A stretch of DNA of 64,000 nucleotides, from the NCBI GenBank assembly GCA_045863295.1, contig BTWA01000020.1, positions 32,001-96,000 of the forward strand, given 5' to 3'. This document shows, piece by piece, positions 39,316 through 48,787 of the stretch. This DNA comes from Candidatus Hydrogenedentota bacterium (lineage in GTDB: Bacteria; Hydrogenedentota; Hydrogenedentia; Hydrogenedentales; SLHB01). Numbering within the stretch: the first letter of the stretch is position 1; every line of letters begins with the position of its first letter. The notes beneath the pieces are model-generated. The model was not told the DNA's origin, did not search any database, and saw only the letters and a program-made list of their open reading frames with translations. Made by a program: the position numbers and the translations under genes.

Positions 39316-39443
39316 GCGCGGACAAGAGACTGCCAAGGTAGGCGGCCATGCCGAAGCCTGACTGCCTGGGCGGCCAAAAGGCCGCGGGGTTCGAACCCGC
39401 TACGCCCTGTTAATCCAGATAACCCTGTGCAAGCGTCCCGCGC
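39316..39443 (-). ncRNA. Second Y RNA-like RNA (T-arm present, no D-arm)
   Basis: 5' GCGCGGGAC pairs with 3' CUUGUCCGCGC. Shares GGGUUAUC...GAUUA...ACAGG with the adjacent RNA. T-arm GCGGG-UUCGAAC-CCCGC. Confidence 0.7.
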
Positions 39444-39490
39444 AAAATCCGGTTTCGAATGAACCTATCAAACGAACGAGCATGCGTCAA

Positions 39491-41074
39491 TTATACGCGG
39501 CCCGCGGCAAAATCGCTGAGCAGCGCCGGCGCTGCGGTGTCAAACCCCACCACGTCGAGCATGCCGGTATCTTCAGGGTCGGCGATGGTGCATTCCGTCG
39601 CCGTCATTCCCACCACGGCCAGCCGCGCATCAATACCGGTCTCCTGCCGGTATTGCCTCAACGCCACATGAGGATGGACCTGACCGAACCACGTTTCGTT
39701 GTCCGTGTACACCACAAAGGTGTCGACTTCGATATAGTTCCGTCTTGCCCAGACCATGGGCAAGGCACAATCGGTACGGCCGAAAGACCTGTCCTGCGTC
39801 TTCTGCGTAACTGTTTCAAGCGTATCCTGTCTATCGATTCCAAGGTCCCGGAACTCGTCAGCAAAACCCATGCTATGTACACGCGGTTCCGTGCGCACCG
39901 TGGCCAGCGCCATGACCGCGGCGGCCACGTTGGGCGAAAATCCGGGCACACCGGCAATGCTTCCACACGTCATGGATCCACTCACGTCAATTCCCAGAAG
40001 AAATCGCTTGCCCGCGGGTTCCACATTCTGAAACGACAGGTACAGCGCCGCATCGAGTGCGTTACGGATTTCCTGTACCGGTTGCCATACAAGTTTCCCA
40101 CGGAGCCCCTTGCCTGCGCGGTAGGTGTACGAAGCTTTGACAAGATCAATCGGATGCACGCGCGCCTTTCGCAGCGCTTCGACGTTCGTCAACCGTTCGC
40201 TGACCCATCGCGTGTGTTCGCCAAGCGGCTTCAGGAGGTCTTTCGCGCTGAGATTGCCGAGATTCCGCAGCAACGCGCCTATCGGCATGCCCGGCAAAAG
40301 CGCCTCCCAAACGCAGGCATGCGCCAGCAATTCCGGCGGCACCATTTCCCATGTAACTTGGGAACGGTCTCGAATCAACGCGGCGGCCGCCTTCGGCTGA
40401 TGCACCAGCCCCTGCAATTCCAGAAAGACATCGACAATCTCGAGGCGATCAGCCCCTTCCTTCCACACGTCCTTCACGGCAAAATGAAACAGGGCGTCGT
40501 GCGCGAGGCTGCGCGGTTTGGGATGCGAAATACGGATCAGATCCGCGTGCGTGTATCCGTAGCGGTTCCGGTACTTAATTATCTGATGCGCAAGTTCGGT
40601 CGCGCTCTTGCCGTTGTACCACCGCGCAATGCCCGTGCGAAGTCCGCGCCCGTGGCCGCGCATGACCTGCAACTCGCTCATGAACTTCATGAGATGGGAG
40701 GCTGTGCGAGCGACTTGGGGCATGGCCTCCCAGGCGCGGGAGGCGGCTTCGCGTCCGCAACGGCCGCTTGCGCCAACGGCCAACGAAAACAGCAGCGTAT
40801 CCACGCGGGGTGCGCGGCCTTCCTGACTGATCTGCACGATAAGGTCTGCCGTGCGCCGGGCATCCGCGGCAAAACAGTCCTGCAACAACAGGCTGTTGTC
40901 GATAGTCAGCGTGCGCTCGGAGGCGTAATAAGTACCGCCCTCGGTTCCAAGGATCAGGAAGCGGTGCAACCGTGCCCACGGATCGAGTTTGAACACGTAG
41001 CCACCGGCGGAATTCTTCACCTGATCGGCGCGAACCGGCGCCTGTTGATGGGTAGTGTGCTTTGCATAATGCAT
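39491..41074 (-). CDS. rsr: Ro60 orthologue (TROVE + vWA domain RNA-binding protein)
   Basis: QVKNSAGGYVF, RLHRFLILGTEGGTYY, KYRNRYGYTHADLIRISHP, ALLRNLG, ARVHP, vWA DVSGSM, GRTDCALPM, TDNETW, VVGFD. Confidence 0.95.
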   Translation of the reverse strand: MHYAKHTTHQQAPVRADQVKNSAGGYVFKLDPWARLHRFLILGTEGGTYYASERTLTIDNSLLLQDCFAADARRTADLIVQISQEGRAPRVDTLLFSLAVGASGRCGREAASRAWEAMPQVARTASHLMKFMSELQVMRGHGRGLRTGIARWYNGKSATELAHQIIKYRNRYGYTHADLIRISHPKPRSLAHDALFHFAVKDVWKEGADRLEIVDVFLELQGLVHQPKAAAALIRDRSQVTWEMVPPELLAHACVWEALLPGMPIGALLRNLGNLSAKDLLKPLGEHTRWVSERLTNVEALRKARVHPIDLVKASYTYRAGKGLRGKLVWQPVQEIRNALDAALYLSFQNVEPAGKRFLLGIDVSGSMTCGSIAGVPGFSPNVAAAVMALATVRTEPRVHSMGFADEFRDLGIDRQDTLETVTQKTQDRSFGRTDCALPMVWARRNYIEVDTFVVYTDNETWFGQVHPHVALRQYRQETGIDARLAVVGMTATECTIADPEDTGMLDVVGFDTAAPALLSDFAAGRV

Positions 41075-41253
41075 TTCTCGTCTCCGGTATAGTCAGGCAT
41101 ATGCGCATTCACACAGCGATCAGGCATTATTCCGGAACGGCGGTAACTCGGGCAACTGTGCCAACGTCTTTCGAGTCGTGCCCCCGCCCGGGTGCGCTCC
41201 GGCAGGATTTCGGGTAGGATAACGGAAAGGTCAGGCAGTTACAGGAATTACGC

Positions 41254-42669
41254 ATGTTTGAACACGGCGATTTAACCAGCAAAACACTCGGACAATACGA
41301 GGTCGTCGAACGAATTGGACAAGGCGGTATGGGCATTGTCTACCGGGGACGGGATACGGTGCTGGACCGCGATGTCGCGCTGAAAGTGTTGCCGCCTGCC
41401 TTCGCTAAAAATGAACAGTATTTGCAGCGTTTCATGCGGGAAGCAAAATCGGTTGCCCGTCTGGATCACCCGAATATCGTCGCGGTATATGGAGCGGGAG
41501 AGCAGAATGGCGTCTATTTCATTGCCATGCTGTTCGTAAAAGGCGACCTGCTTCAAACCGTCATCGATCGCGTGGGGAGGTTGGATGTCTACCGCGCGTT
41601 GCAGATTACGCGCCAGGCCGCCGAAGCATTGGCGGAGGCTCACCGCAACGATATTGTGCATCGCGATGTGAAGCCTCAGAACATCATGATCAATCAATCC
41701 GGAATGGTGAAGGTCATGGATTTCGGATTGGCCCGGCTTGTGCAAAGCACGAGCGGACTCACGGCAACAGGCGCCATGCTGGGCACGCCGAAGTACATGT
41801 CACCGGAACAGTGCGAAGGGCAGGAGATCGATTGCCGCACGGACATCTATTCGCTGGGCGTAACTTTGTTTGAAATGCTCACGGGACGCCTGCCTTACGA
41901 TGCCGACAGCGATCTTGGCATCATGTATCAAATCGTTCACAAGCCCTTTCCAGAACTGCGATCAATTCGCGGCGATGTGCCCGCGGAGGTTTCCGAGTTA
42001 TTGGAGATGATGGTGGTCAAGGACTCGGCGCAGCGAACCATCACCGCCCAGGAAATCGCGTACCGGTGCGAGTGCATTCTCGCCAACATGACGCCTGTGC
42101 CCCTTGCGGGAAACCCGGCGGACCTGGAAGCGCCGCTGCACCGTGATCTCGCTGATCACCGGCGCCGTCTGAGCGAGCTTGAAACCATCGCCGCGACACC
42201 GACCTTCACCGATTCTGAAGTGGATGAGTTGTCGCGGAGAATGTCCGAACTGAAGCCTTTGGCGGAAGCAACGCCCGCGCCCCCGGTCTCTTACGGGAAC
42301 AAGCCTGCAGGTCCGTGGGGAGAAGCGCGATCGGTGACGCCCGCCGCACCCAGGGCTGCGATGCCCGTCAAGCGGGAAGAGCCCGCGCAGCCGGTCGCAG
42401 CCCGCAGTACCACGCCTTATCCCGCGACTAAGACAAGTCCCTGGGGAGGTTCGCATTCAGTGTCCCAGGTGTCCGCGCCAGCGCCGGACTGGCGAAAACC
42501 CTTTCAGATAGCAATCCGGTTAACAGGTGGGATCGTGAGCCGGATCGTCTTTTGGACGGTCATCCTGGCTTTGCTGTTTCTGGTTTGGGTCGGGTTCGGC
42601 CACGCGGGTCTGTATCCATTGCCGGCGCCGATTGCGCAGTTCCTGGAAGGCACTCCGCGCACCGAATAG
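41254..42669 (+). CDS. Hanks-type Ser/Thr protein kinase with C-terminal TM
   Basis: IGQGGMGIVY, VALK, HRDVKPQN, DFGLA, GTPKYMSPE, DIYSLG. Confidence 0.93.
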   Translation: MFEHGDLTSKTLGQYEVVERIGQGGMGIVYRGRDTVLDRDVALKVLPPAFAKNEQYLQRFMREAKSVARLDHPNIVAVYGAGEQNGVYFIAMLFVKGDLLQTVIDRVGRLDVYRALQITRQAAEALAEAHRNDIVHRDVKPQNIMINQSGMVKVMDFGLARLVQSTSGLTATGAMLGTPKYMSPEQCEGQEIDCRTDIYSLGVTLFEMLTGRLPYDADSDLGIMYQIVHKPFPELRSIRGDVPAEVSELLEMMVVKDSAQRTITAQEIAYRCECILANMTPVPLAGNPADLEAPLHRDLADHRRRLSELETIAATPTFTDSEVDELSRRMSELKPLAEATPAPPVSYGNKPAGPWGEARSVTPAAPRAAMPVKREEPAQPVAARSTTPYPATKTSPWGGSHSVSQVSAPAPDWRKPFQIAIRLTGGIVSRIVFWTVILALLFLVWVGFGHAGLYPLPAPIAQFLEGTPRTE

Positions 42670-42694
42670 AGCATCCTGTTCACCGCCGTCGCAG

Positions 42695-44107
42695 TCAGCG
42701 GTATTGCCGGCCGTCGTGGGCTTCAGGTTCGATTTGTGCCGGTGGATTGACGTGTTCGCGCTCCATGAACGCTTTCAAGTCCGCGACAACGTCCGGGTGT
42801 TTTGAAGCGACATCCGTGGTTTCGCTCCCATCTTCCGCGAGATTATACAACTCTACCGGCCTGTCTTTTCCGGGCCACACCGCTTTCCAGTCGCCCTTGC
42901 GCGCCGCCCGCGGCAATGCCTCGCCCCACAGTTCCCAATACAAATAAGGCTGATACGGAATGGGTACGCCCGCGGTTGGATTCGTCATTGCGGCGTAAAA
43001 AGAGACGCCATCGATTCCCTCAGGGATGCGATCGGCACACTCTGCCGCGTCCGCGAATGTGGGAAAGATATCGGGAAAATACCAGACTTGATTGCTCTCT
43101 GATTGAGGAGACACGCGTGCGGGCCAACGGACGATAGCAGGCACTCGGATGCCACCCTCATACAAATCGCCTTTGTATCCTCGCAACGTTCCGTTGGCTT
43201 TGAAAAACTCGGGACTGGGTATGGAATAGGAATCAGCGCCGTTATCGGAGGTGAAGAGCACGAGCGTGTTTTCGCGAAGGCCTAGCTCGTCCAACTGCTT
43301 CAGCACGTCGCCAATGGTCTTGTCCATGTAAGAAATCATTGCGGCGAGTGTCGCCTTAGGCTCCTCAGGATGAGCGTATCCTTCACGCCAGCGGAATTCG
43401 GGCGGAGTCTCCTCGAACTTGCCCGAGTATTGTTTCAGCGCTTCCGCGGGCGCGGTCCATTCGTGATGGGGAATGGTATACGACAGAAAGCAGAAGAACG
43501 GCGCTTGCCGATTCTCCTGGATGAACGCCTTGGCTCTTTCCGTAATAACGTCGTGAGTGTACTGCTCGCGCTTGTTGCCCTGGTTGCCCGGCAGCGCAAA
43601 GCGTTCGTCGTTGTGCCAGAGATAATCCGTGTACGAAAAATGGGCGTGTTTTTGGTGAAGGTACCCAAAGAACTCGTCGAAGCCCTTCTTGTTGGGCACG
43701 CCCGCAGTATCCGCGTCGCCGAGCCCCCATTTACCGAACAGGCCGGTCCGGTAGCCGGCGCCTTGCAGGAGTTGCGCGAAGGTGACATCGCCTTCCTGTA
43801 GCGAGACGCCGCCGGTATTGCCGCGCACGGAGGTGTGGCCCGTATGGGTGCCCGTCATCAGCGCACTGCGCGAGGGCGCGCACAACGCACATCCAGCGTA
43901 GGCCTGGGTGAATCGCATACCGTCACGCGCCAGTTGATCAAGATTCGGGGTCTGAATTATCTCCTGGCCGTAACAACCAAGATGACCGTAGCCGAGATCG
44001 TCGGCCATGATGAGAAGGATGTTGGGACGCTCCGATTGTGCGTTCGCAGGGGTTAATCCCGCCGCGGCCGCCGCGGCCGCGCTCGCAAGAAATGTGCGCC
44101 GGTTCAT
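42695..44107 (-). CDS. Arylsulfatase (Tat-exported)
   Basis: MNRRTFL Tat signal, PNILLIMADDLG, CAPSRSALMTG, GKWGLG, SDNG. Confidence 0.92.
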   Translation of the reverse strand: MNRRTFLASAAAAAAAGLTPANAQSERPNILLIMADDLGYGHLGCYGQEIIQTPNLDQLARDGMRFTQAYAGCALCAPSRSALMTGTHTGHTSVRGNTGGVSLQEGDVTFAQLLQGAGYRTGLFGKWGLGDADTAGVPNKKGFDEFFGYLHQKHAHFSYTDYLWHNDERFALPGNQGNKREQYTHDVITERAKAFIQENRQAPFFCFLSYTIPHHEWTAPAEALKQYSGKFEETPPEFRWREGYAHPEEPKATLAAMISYMDKTIGDVLKQLDELGLRENTLVLFTSDNGADSYSIPSPEFFKANGTLRGYKGDLYEGGIRVPAIVRWPARVSPQSESNQVWYFPDIFPTFADAAECADRIPEGIDGVSFYAAMTNPTAGVPIPYQPYLYWELWGEALPRAARKGDWKAVWPGKDRPVELYNLAEDGSETTDVASKHPDVVADLKAFMEREHVNPPAQIEPEAHDGRQYR

Positions 44108-45561
44108 GGCTGCTCCCCGGTTGCGGTATCGTTTGGCAGGGATTCCAACAGTTCCAGAACGGTTGCCAGAATCGTGTCGGCGGCGTCCACTTCAAGGTAG
44201 CTGGATCGCGCGCGCCAGGTCTCATAGCCGCCATACCCGTGTTGTTCTTTCGTGGGAAGGTAACCGTTGTAACCGTTCGCAAGCGAGATGGTGAATACAT
44301 CGTCGAATGGACTCTTCTCCTTGATGGCAAGTCCAATTTCCACGAACACCTCGCAGGGAATGGCAGCGATACTGAGATCGCCAATCCGCATGCACTGAAG
44401 TATCAGTTTCTTCGTGGCGGGGTATTCGCTCAGAAAAACCGTCTCGCGCGCGTAGATCTCCGTGAGCCCCTTCATATCGGGTCCGGCCGCCTTTGCTACA
44501 ATCTCTTTGGCCTGGGCCACCTCGTCCACGCTTGGGAGGCGCACACCCACCTCAATCTCTTGGTGCAAAGCCGCCAGCGGAACCCACTCCTGAAACCGGA
44601 CAGATTGATAGGCTTTGTAGACTTCGCCCGCCACCTTGTTGGCCACGCGCGTCATTTGCTCGTAGGGTTGTTGCTGCCAGGGCGCCACTCGGAAGTTGAT
44701 GTTATTGATGTTGCCGCTCGTGCCGTTGGACATCATGCCGACAAAAGGCTTGTCTTGTCCGCCCGCATTCAGCAGTTCTCCCATGCGCCGGGCGAAGATG
44801 CCGAAGTAGTCCGCGGAGATTTCATCCGGGCCCGTGCCGCCGACATAATGCAACGAGTAGTTCGCCAACAGCGCGATCGGCTTGCCCTCAAGAGACTGTA
44901 CCGCGACAAAGGACACCTCCGGATCGATGGGACCCGCCGGCTCCACGAGATCCTCGCTCGCGCGCGGCGGGTTCATCTGCACCGTCTCGCCTTCCTTGCC
45001 AAACGGGTTCGGACCTATGGTGCCGGGCTTCTTGAACCAGCGGCGGTTGAAGACCTCGTCCGGCACGGAACCAGCGCCCCATCCAATTCGAGCCGGTTGC
45101 AGGTTGGTATTGGCCCTGCGGATTCCGTCGCTGATTTTTACAGTGAGATAACGCTGGTATTCGGGATCCGGGTCGCTTTGAAATACCGGGGTGGCGCAGG
45201 CGGCCGTATGGGTATGCGTCGCCGCCACAAGCATGTTAGACGCCGGTATTCCGGTGCCTTCGCTCGCCATGGCCTTGGCCGCGTCGGTAATCTCCCGGGG
45301 TACCATGCAACTGTCGACCATAACAAAGGCGAGTTTGGTCGTCCCGTCATCTAGCACGATCGCGCGGGCATACAGTTCGTCGTGGACGTGCATGGCCGGG
45401 CGGTCGTTCATGTTGCCCGCGATAGACACGCCAAGCCACGGCGTGATATTGCTCGCCGCCGCGCCCGCGCGGAAGACTTTCGTCGGCGGATCCTGCGCGC
45501 ACACCTGAATTGCATGAATCAGTAGAAACAACCCAGCTGCGTATCGAATCCACTTGCCCAT
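44104..45561 (-). CDS. Secreted neutral/alkaline ceramidase-like hydrolase
   Basis: Signal peptide, HDELYARA, ATHTHTA, FNRR, GPIDPEV, NYSLHY, NGYNGYLP...GGYE. Confidence 0.75.
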   Translation of the reverse strand: MGKWIRYAAGLFLLIHAIQVCAQDPPTKVFRAGAAASNITPWLGVSIAGNMNDRPAMHVHDELYARAIVLDDGTTKLAFVMVDSCMVPREITDAAKAMASEGTGIPASNMLVAATHTHTAACATPVFQSDPDPEYQRYLTVKISDGIRRANTNLQPARIGWGAGSVPDEVFNRRWFKKPGTIGPNPFGKEGETVQMNPPRASEDLVEPAGPIDPEVSFVAVQSLEGKPIALLANYSLHYVGGTGPDEISADYFGIFARRMGELLNAGGQDKPFVGMMSNGTSGNINNINFRVAPWQQQPYEQMTRVANKVAGEVYKAYQSVRFQEWVPLAALHQEIEVGVRLPSVDEVAQAKEIVAKAAGPDMKGLTEIYARETVFLSEYPATKKLILQCMRIGDLSIAAIPCEVFVEIGLAIKEKSPFDDVFTISLANGYNGYLPTKEQHGYGGYETWRARSSYLEVDAADTILATVLELLESLPNDTATGEQP

Positions 45562-45697
45562 AGCGACCTCCGGTACTTTGATTTGGGATGAAATCTCACT
45601 GTATCAGACAGGCGCCTGCCAAGCCCAATCCGATGCGTATTGTTGGTTCCGCCTTTGCTATACTTCCCCGTTTCCGGGGCGAATCAGGAGTAGGGTT

Positions 45698-47737
45698 ATG
45701 CGGGTTCTGGTGACGGGTGGCGCGGGATATTTGGGGTGTCACTTGGTGCGGCTTCTGGTCGAGCGCGGGCATGCCGTCCGGGTGTTTGACCGCGTCTGTT
45801 TCGCGGAACAGGTGGCCGAGGAACTTGGCGCGCTGGCGAATTGCGAATTCGTCCGCGGCGACATGCGGCAGCTACACGAGTTTCCGCTATTGCTGGAAGA
45901 CATCGACGCCATAATTCATCTCGCGGGTTTGTCCAACGATCCTTCCTGCGATCTGGATTCGGACATGGCCGTGGAGGTGAATCTCGAAAGCACAGGCCGT
46001 CTTGCCCGGCGCGCCGTGAGGGAAGGCGTGCGGCGGTTTGTCTTTGCCTCCTCCTGCAGCGTGTACGGCAAGGGCGTGTTCGACGTGTTGGACGAGGAAA
46101 GCCCCACCAACCCGCTTACAATCTATGCGCAGACAAAATTGCAGTCCGAAACGATTCTGATGGGCCTGAAAAGCGATCAGTTCGAGCCGGTCATTGCACG
46201 GCCGGCGACGCTGTTTGGCTGGTCGCCCAGGATGCGATTCGATCTCGCCATCAATCAAATGACCGCTACGGCCGCGCGCAACCGGAACATCAGCGTGTTC
46301 GGCGGAGGCAAACAGTGGCGGCCGTTTGTGCACGTGCGCGACGCGGCGCGGGTGTTCGCGGATATGGCCGAAGCGCCCGCTTCGTCGGTCGCGGGACAGG
46401 TATTCAACGTCGGCTCGGACGAGCGCAACTACACAATTATCGATCTTGCCCAACGCATCAGTTCGCTTTTCGAGGGAGTCACCGTCGATGTTGTGAAGGA
46501 CGACGAGGATCCGCGAAGCTACAACGTCCAGTTCGGAAAGTTGAAACGAACGCTTGCCTTTGAAAGCGAATGGGACGTCGAGTCGGGCGCGGACGAGATA
46601 CGACAGTACCTCAGCGACGAGTCGATTAATCCGTTCAGCACGATGTTCTTCAACGTGCGCCGCATGAAGGAAATGCTGGCCACGCCAGTGGCCGAAGGCG
46701 GCGAACCCGTGGCGCCAAGACCGGTGGCCATGGCCCCCGGCAATCCGGCGCTCGCCGCCGCGTTGGGCGCGTGGGTGGCAAAAACACGGGATCGGGATGA
46801 CGTGGGTTCCGCGCGCGTGCAGTTGCAGCGCCTGTTGACCGCTCATTTTGGAAGGCCGGCACTGGTGGTGGGCACTCCCGCAAGCGCCATGTCTATTGCC
46901 TTGAAGGGGCTTGGCATTGGACCCGGAGACGAAGTCGCCGTGGGTGCGTATGGACGTATCGAGACACTTGCCGCGCTTCGAGCCTGCGGAGCCGTAGTGA
47001 ATTTTGCCGATGCGAACCCCGACACGCTGCTGCCGGATCCGGGCGCTTGGAAAGGAGTCGTGTCTGCCAATACCAAAGCGTTGGTTGGCTATTGCCCTGA
47101 CGGGCGCGCTGGACTGCCCGCGTACGTGCACGAGCTGGCGGCCGCAAAAGGATGCGCCGTTATTGAATACGCGCCCGACGGATTGGTCGTGGATGTACCC
47201 AAAGGCGAGTTCGCGCCGGAGACCGTCAGTTGCGTGGGGCTTGCGCCGATGGTGCAGTCCGGGTGGGCCGGGGGATACGCCCTGATTGCATCCCGGGCAT
47301 GGATCGAGTCCGTTCGGCCGGACACGGAAGAATCGGCGCATGCAATACAGGATATTTCGGCGACTGCCGCGCTCGCGCGCTTGGACGGCCTCAAACGGGC
47401 CACGGTCGTGCGACGCCGAATAGCCAGGATGTACCGGTCCGCGTTGTCCGATCTATCCGGCGTTCATGTGATGGGCACGGATGGAAACGGCAGCCAGTCC
47501 TGGCCTCATTTGCTGGTACGGTTTCCCGGACGCGATGCAAACGCGATCCGTTTGGCACTGCGCGCTGAAAATATCGAAACCGCGGTTCCGGCCCAATGGC
47601 TGGATGCGAAACCGGATGGCGAAACCTCGAAACGGGATCGGATTGTCGCATTGCCCATGCACGAACTGATGTCGGATAAAAACGTTCGGGAAGTGGTGGA
47701 TGCGCTGAAGAAGGTGCTTGCGGCAACCCGCGAATAG
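45698..47737 (+). CDS. NAD-dependent sugar epimerase fused to a degenerate DegT/DnrJ aminotransferase-like domain
   Basis: TGGAGYLG, ASSCSVYG, YAQTK, WRPFVHVRD. C-terminal half has GIGPGDEV, RRRIARMY...L and LPMH but lacks the PLP motifs. Confidence 0.8.
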   Translation: MRVLVTGGAGYLGCHLVRLLVERGHAVRVFDRVCFAEQVAEELGALANCEFVRGDMRQLHEFPLLLEDIDAIIHLAGLSNDPSCDLDSDMAVEVNLESTGRLARRAVREGVRRFVFASSCSVYGKGVFDVLDEESPTNPLTIYAQTKLQSETILMGLKSDQFEPVIARPATLFGWSPRMRFDLAINQMTATAARNRNISVFGGGKQWRPFVHVRDAARVFADMAEAPASSVAGQVFNVGSDERNYTIIDLAQRISSLFEGVTVDVVKDDEDPRSYNVQFGKLKRTLAFESEWDVESGADEIRQYLSDESINPFSTMFFNVRRMKEMLATPVAEGGEPVAPRPVAMAPGNPALAAALGAWVAKTRDRDDVGSARVQLQRLLTAHFGRPALVVGTPASAMSIALKGLGIGPGDEVAVGAYGRIETLAALRACGAVVNFADANPDTLLPDPGAWKGVVSANTKALVGYCPDGRAGLPAYVHELAAAKGCAVIEYAPDGLVVDVPKGEFAPETVSCVGLAPMVQSGWAGGYALIASRAWIESVRPDTEESAHAIQDISATAALARLDGLKRATVVRRRIARMYRSALSDLSGVHVMGTDGNGSQSWPHLLVRFPGRDANAIRLALRAENIETAVPAQWLDAKPDGETSKRDRIVALPMHELMSDKNVREVVDALKKVLAATRE

Positions 47738-47741
47738 TCCG

Positions 47742-48533
47742 TCAGTTCTTCTTGACGGAATAGAGGTGGGTAATGGGCAGGCCGTCGCGCAGAATGCGGA
47801 CTGTGTATTTCGATTGCCCCTCCAGCTTTTCCGCGAGTTCGAATATCTTCTCCGGACTGTTGAGCGCTTCGCCATTGATGTTGTAGATGACGTCGTTGTT
47901 GCGCAGGCCCAGCTTGCGCGCCAAGGAAAACGATCCGAGGTTCGCGGACGTCATTCCTGTGACGCCGCCGTCCGGCGTCGTATACATGGTCGGCTGCAAT
48001 TCGGTGAGCAGGACCAGATAGTCCAGCTTTTCCCACTCGCGTTCGAACTCGGCCTCGTCCACAACGAATTCAAACTTGTCCGGCGGCGGGGGCGGCGTAT
48101 TTACCGAGGGCGCGGGCGGTGCGGACGGTTTCGCAGGCGCCTGCGGGGTCACCGGCTGCATGTCCGAAGACGCGCCGCCTTCCAGCCCAATGGCAATCTG
48201 GCGTGGCGTTCCGTTGCGAATGACTACAATGTCCATTACGGCAGTCCCCGCCGCTTTGGAAATCGCGATCCGAAGTTCCGCGTGGCTCGTGACGTAGTCG
48301 CGGTTGATGCGACGGACCAAATCGGAGGCGCGAAAACCCAGCGTGCTGAGCTCATCCGGTGTGGACTTGATACGGAGTCCGCGTGTGCCATCGGACAAGG
48401 TCGATGGCTCCGTATACTTGATGAGGATGTCGCGAAACGCATTTAGCGCGGAGGCAGGAATGACGTGATACTCGCTGCGGCTGGCTCCGGCGAAGGAGGC
48501 CACTTGGAAAAGCATTATGCCCCCAAGAATCAT
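47742..48533 (-). CDS. PDZ-domain protein, GspC-like C-terminus (start uncertain)
   Basis: Two PDZ-like segments (LGFRASDLVRRIN; LGLRNNDVIYNINGEAL...VRILRDG) separated by a Pro-rich linker. Confidence 0.7.
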   Translation of the reverse strand: MILGGIMLFQVASFAGASRSEYHVIPASALNAFRDILIKYTEPSTLSDGTRGLRIKSTPDELSTLGFRASDLVRRINRDYVTSHAELRIAISKAAGTAVMDIVVIRNGTPRQIAIGLEGGASSDMQPVTPQAPAKPSAPPAPSVNTPPPPPDKFEFVVDEAEFEREWEKLDYLVLLTELQPTMYTTPDGGVTGMTSANLGSFSLARKLGLRNNDVIYNINGEALNSPEKIFELAEKLEGQSKYTVRILRDGLPITHLYSVKKN

Positions 48534-48787
48534 CCGGGCAGTGACTCGGCGAGGCGTTGAGCTGAAAGGGACTCGGCGCGGCACGGCACACTCCACGTTG
48601 GCACATCCAATCGACGTGCACGCTACTTCCACGACATAATACCATATATTGTGGTCAACTTGATCAAAAGGCCAGCATTTATGGCCTGCATCCGTTACCA
48701 GACGCTGCGAATCGGGCTGTATTCACGGTTTTTATTGGCGGAAAAGCAATACCCTGTGATAGACTGTTGACAAAAAGGGGTTGGACT

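Noticed and set aside
39172..39443. Two extra tRNA genes suggested by GGTTCGA T-loops
   Set aside because: The arm order is permuted or the D-arm is absent, and there is no anticodon arm or CCA. Better explained as Y RNAs next to Ro60.
39482..41092. 536-aa + strand ORF and similar long antisense ORFs (36958-38163, 45887-47341, 54475-55740, 24803-26047)
   Set aside because: These are shadows of well-supported opposite-strand genes in GC-rich DNA, with no recognisable motifs.
41149..41165. Sigma54 promoter upstream of Ro60 (minus strand TGGCACAGTTGC)
   Set aside because: The GG to GC spacing is 7 nt, not the required 10.
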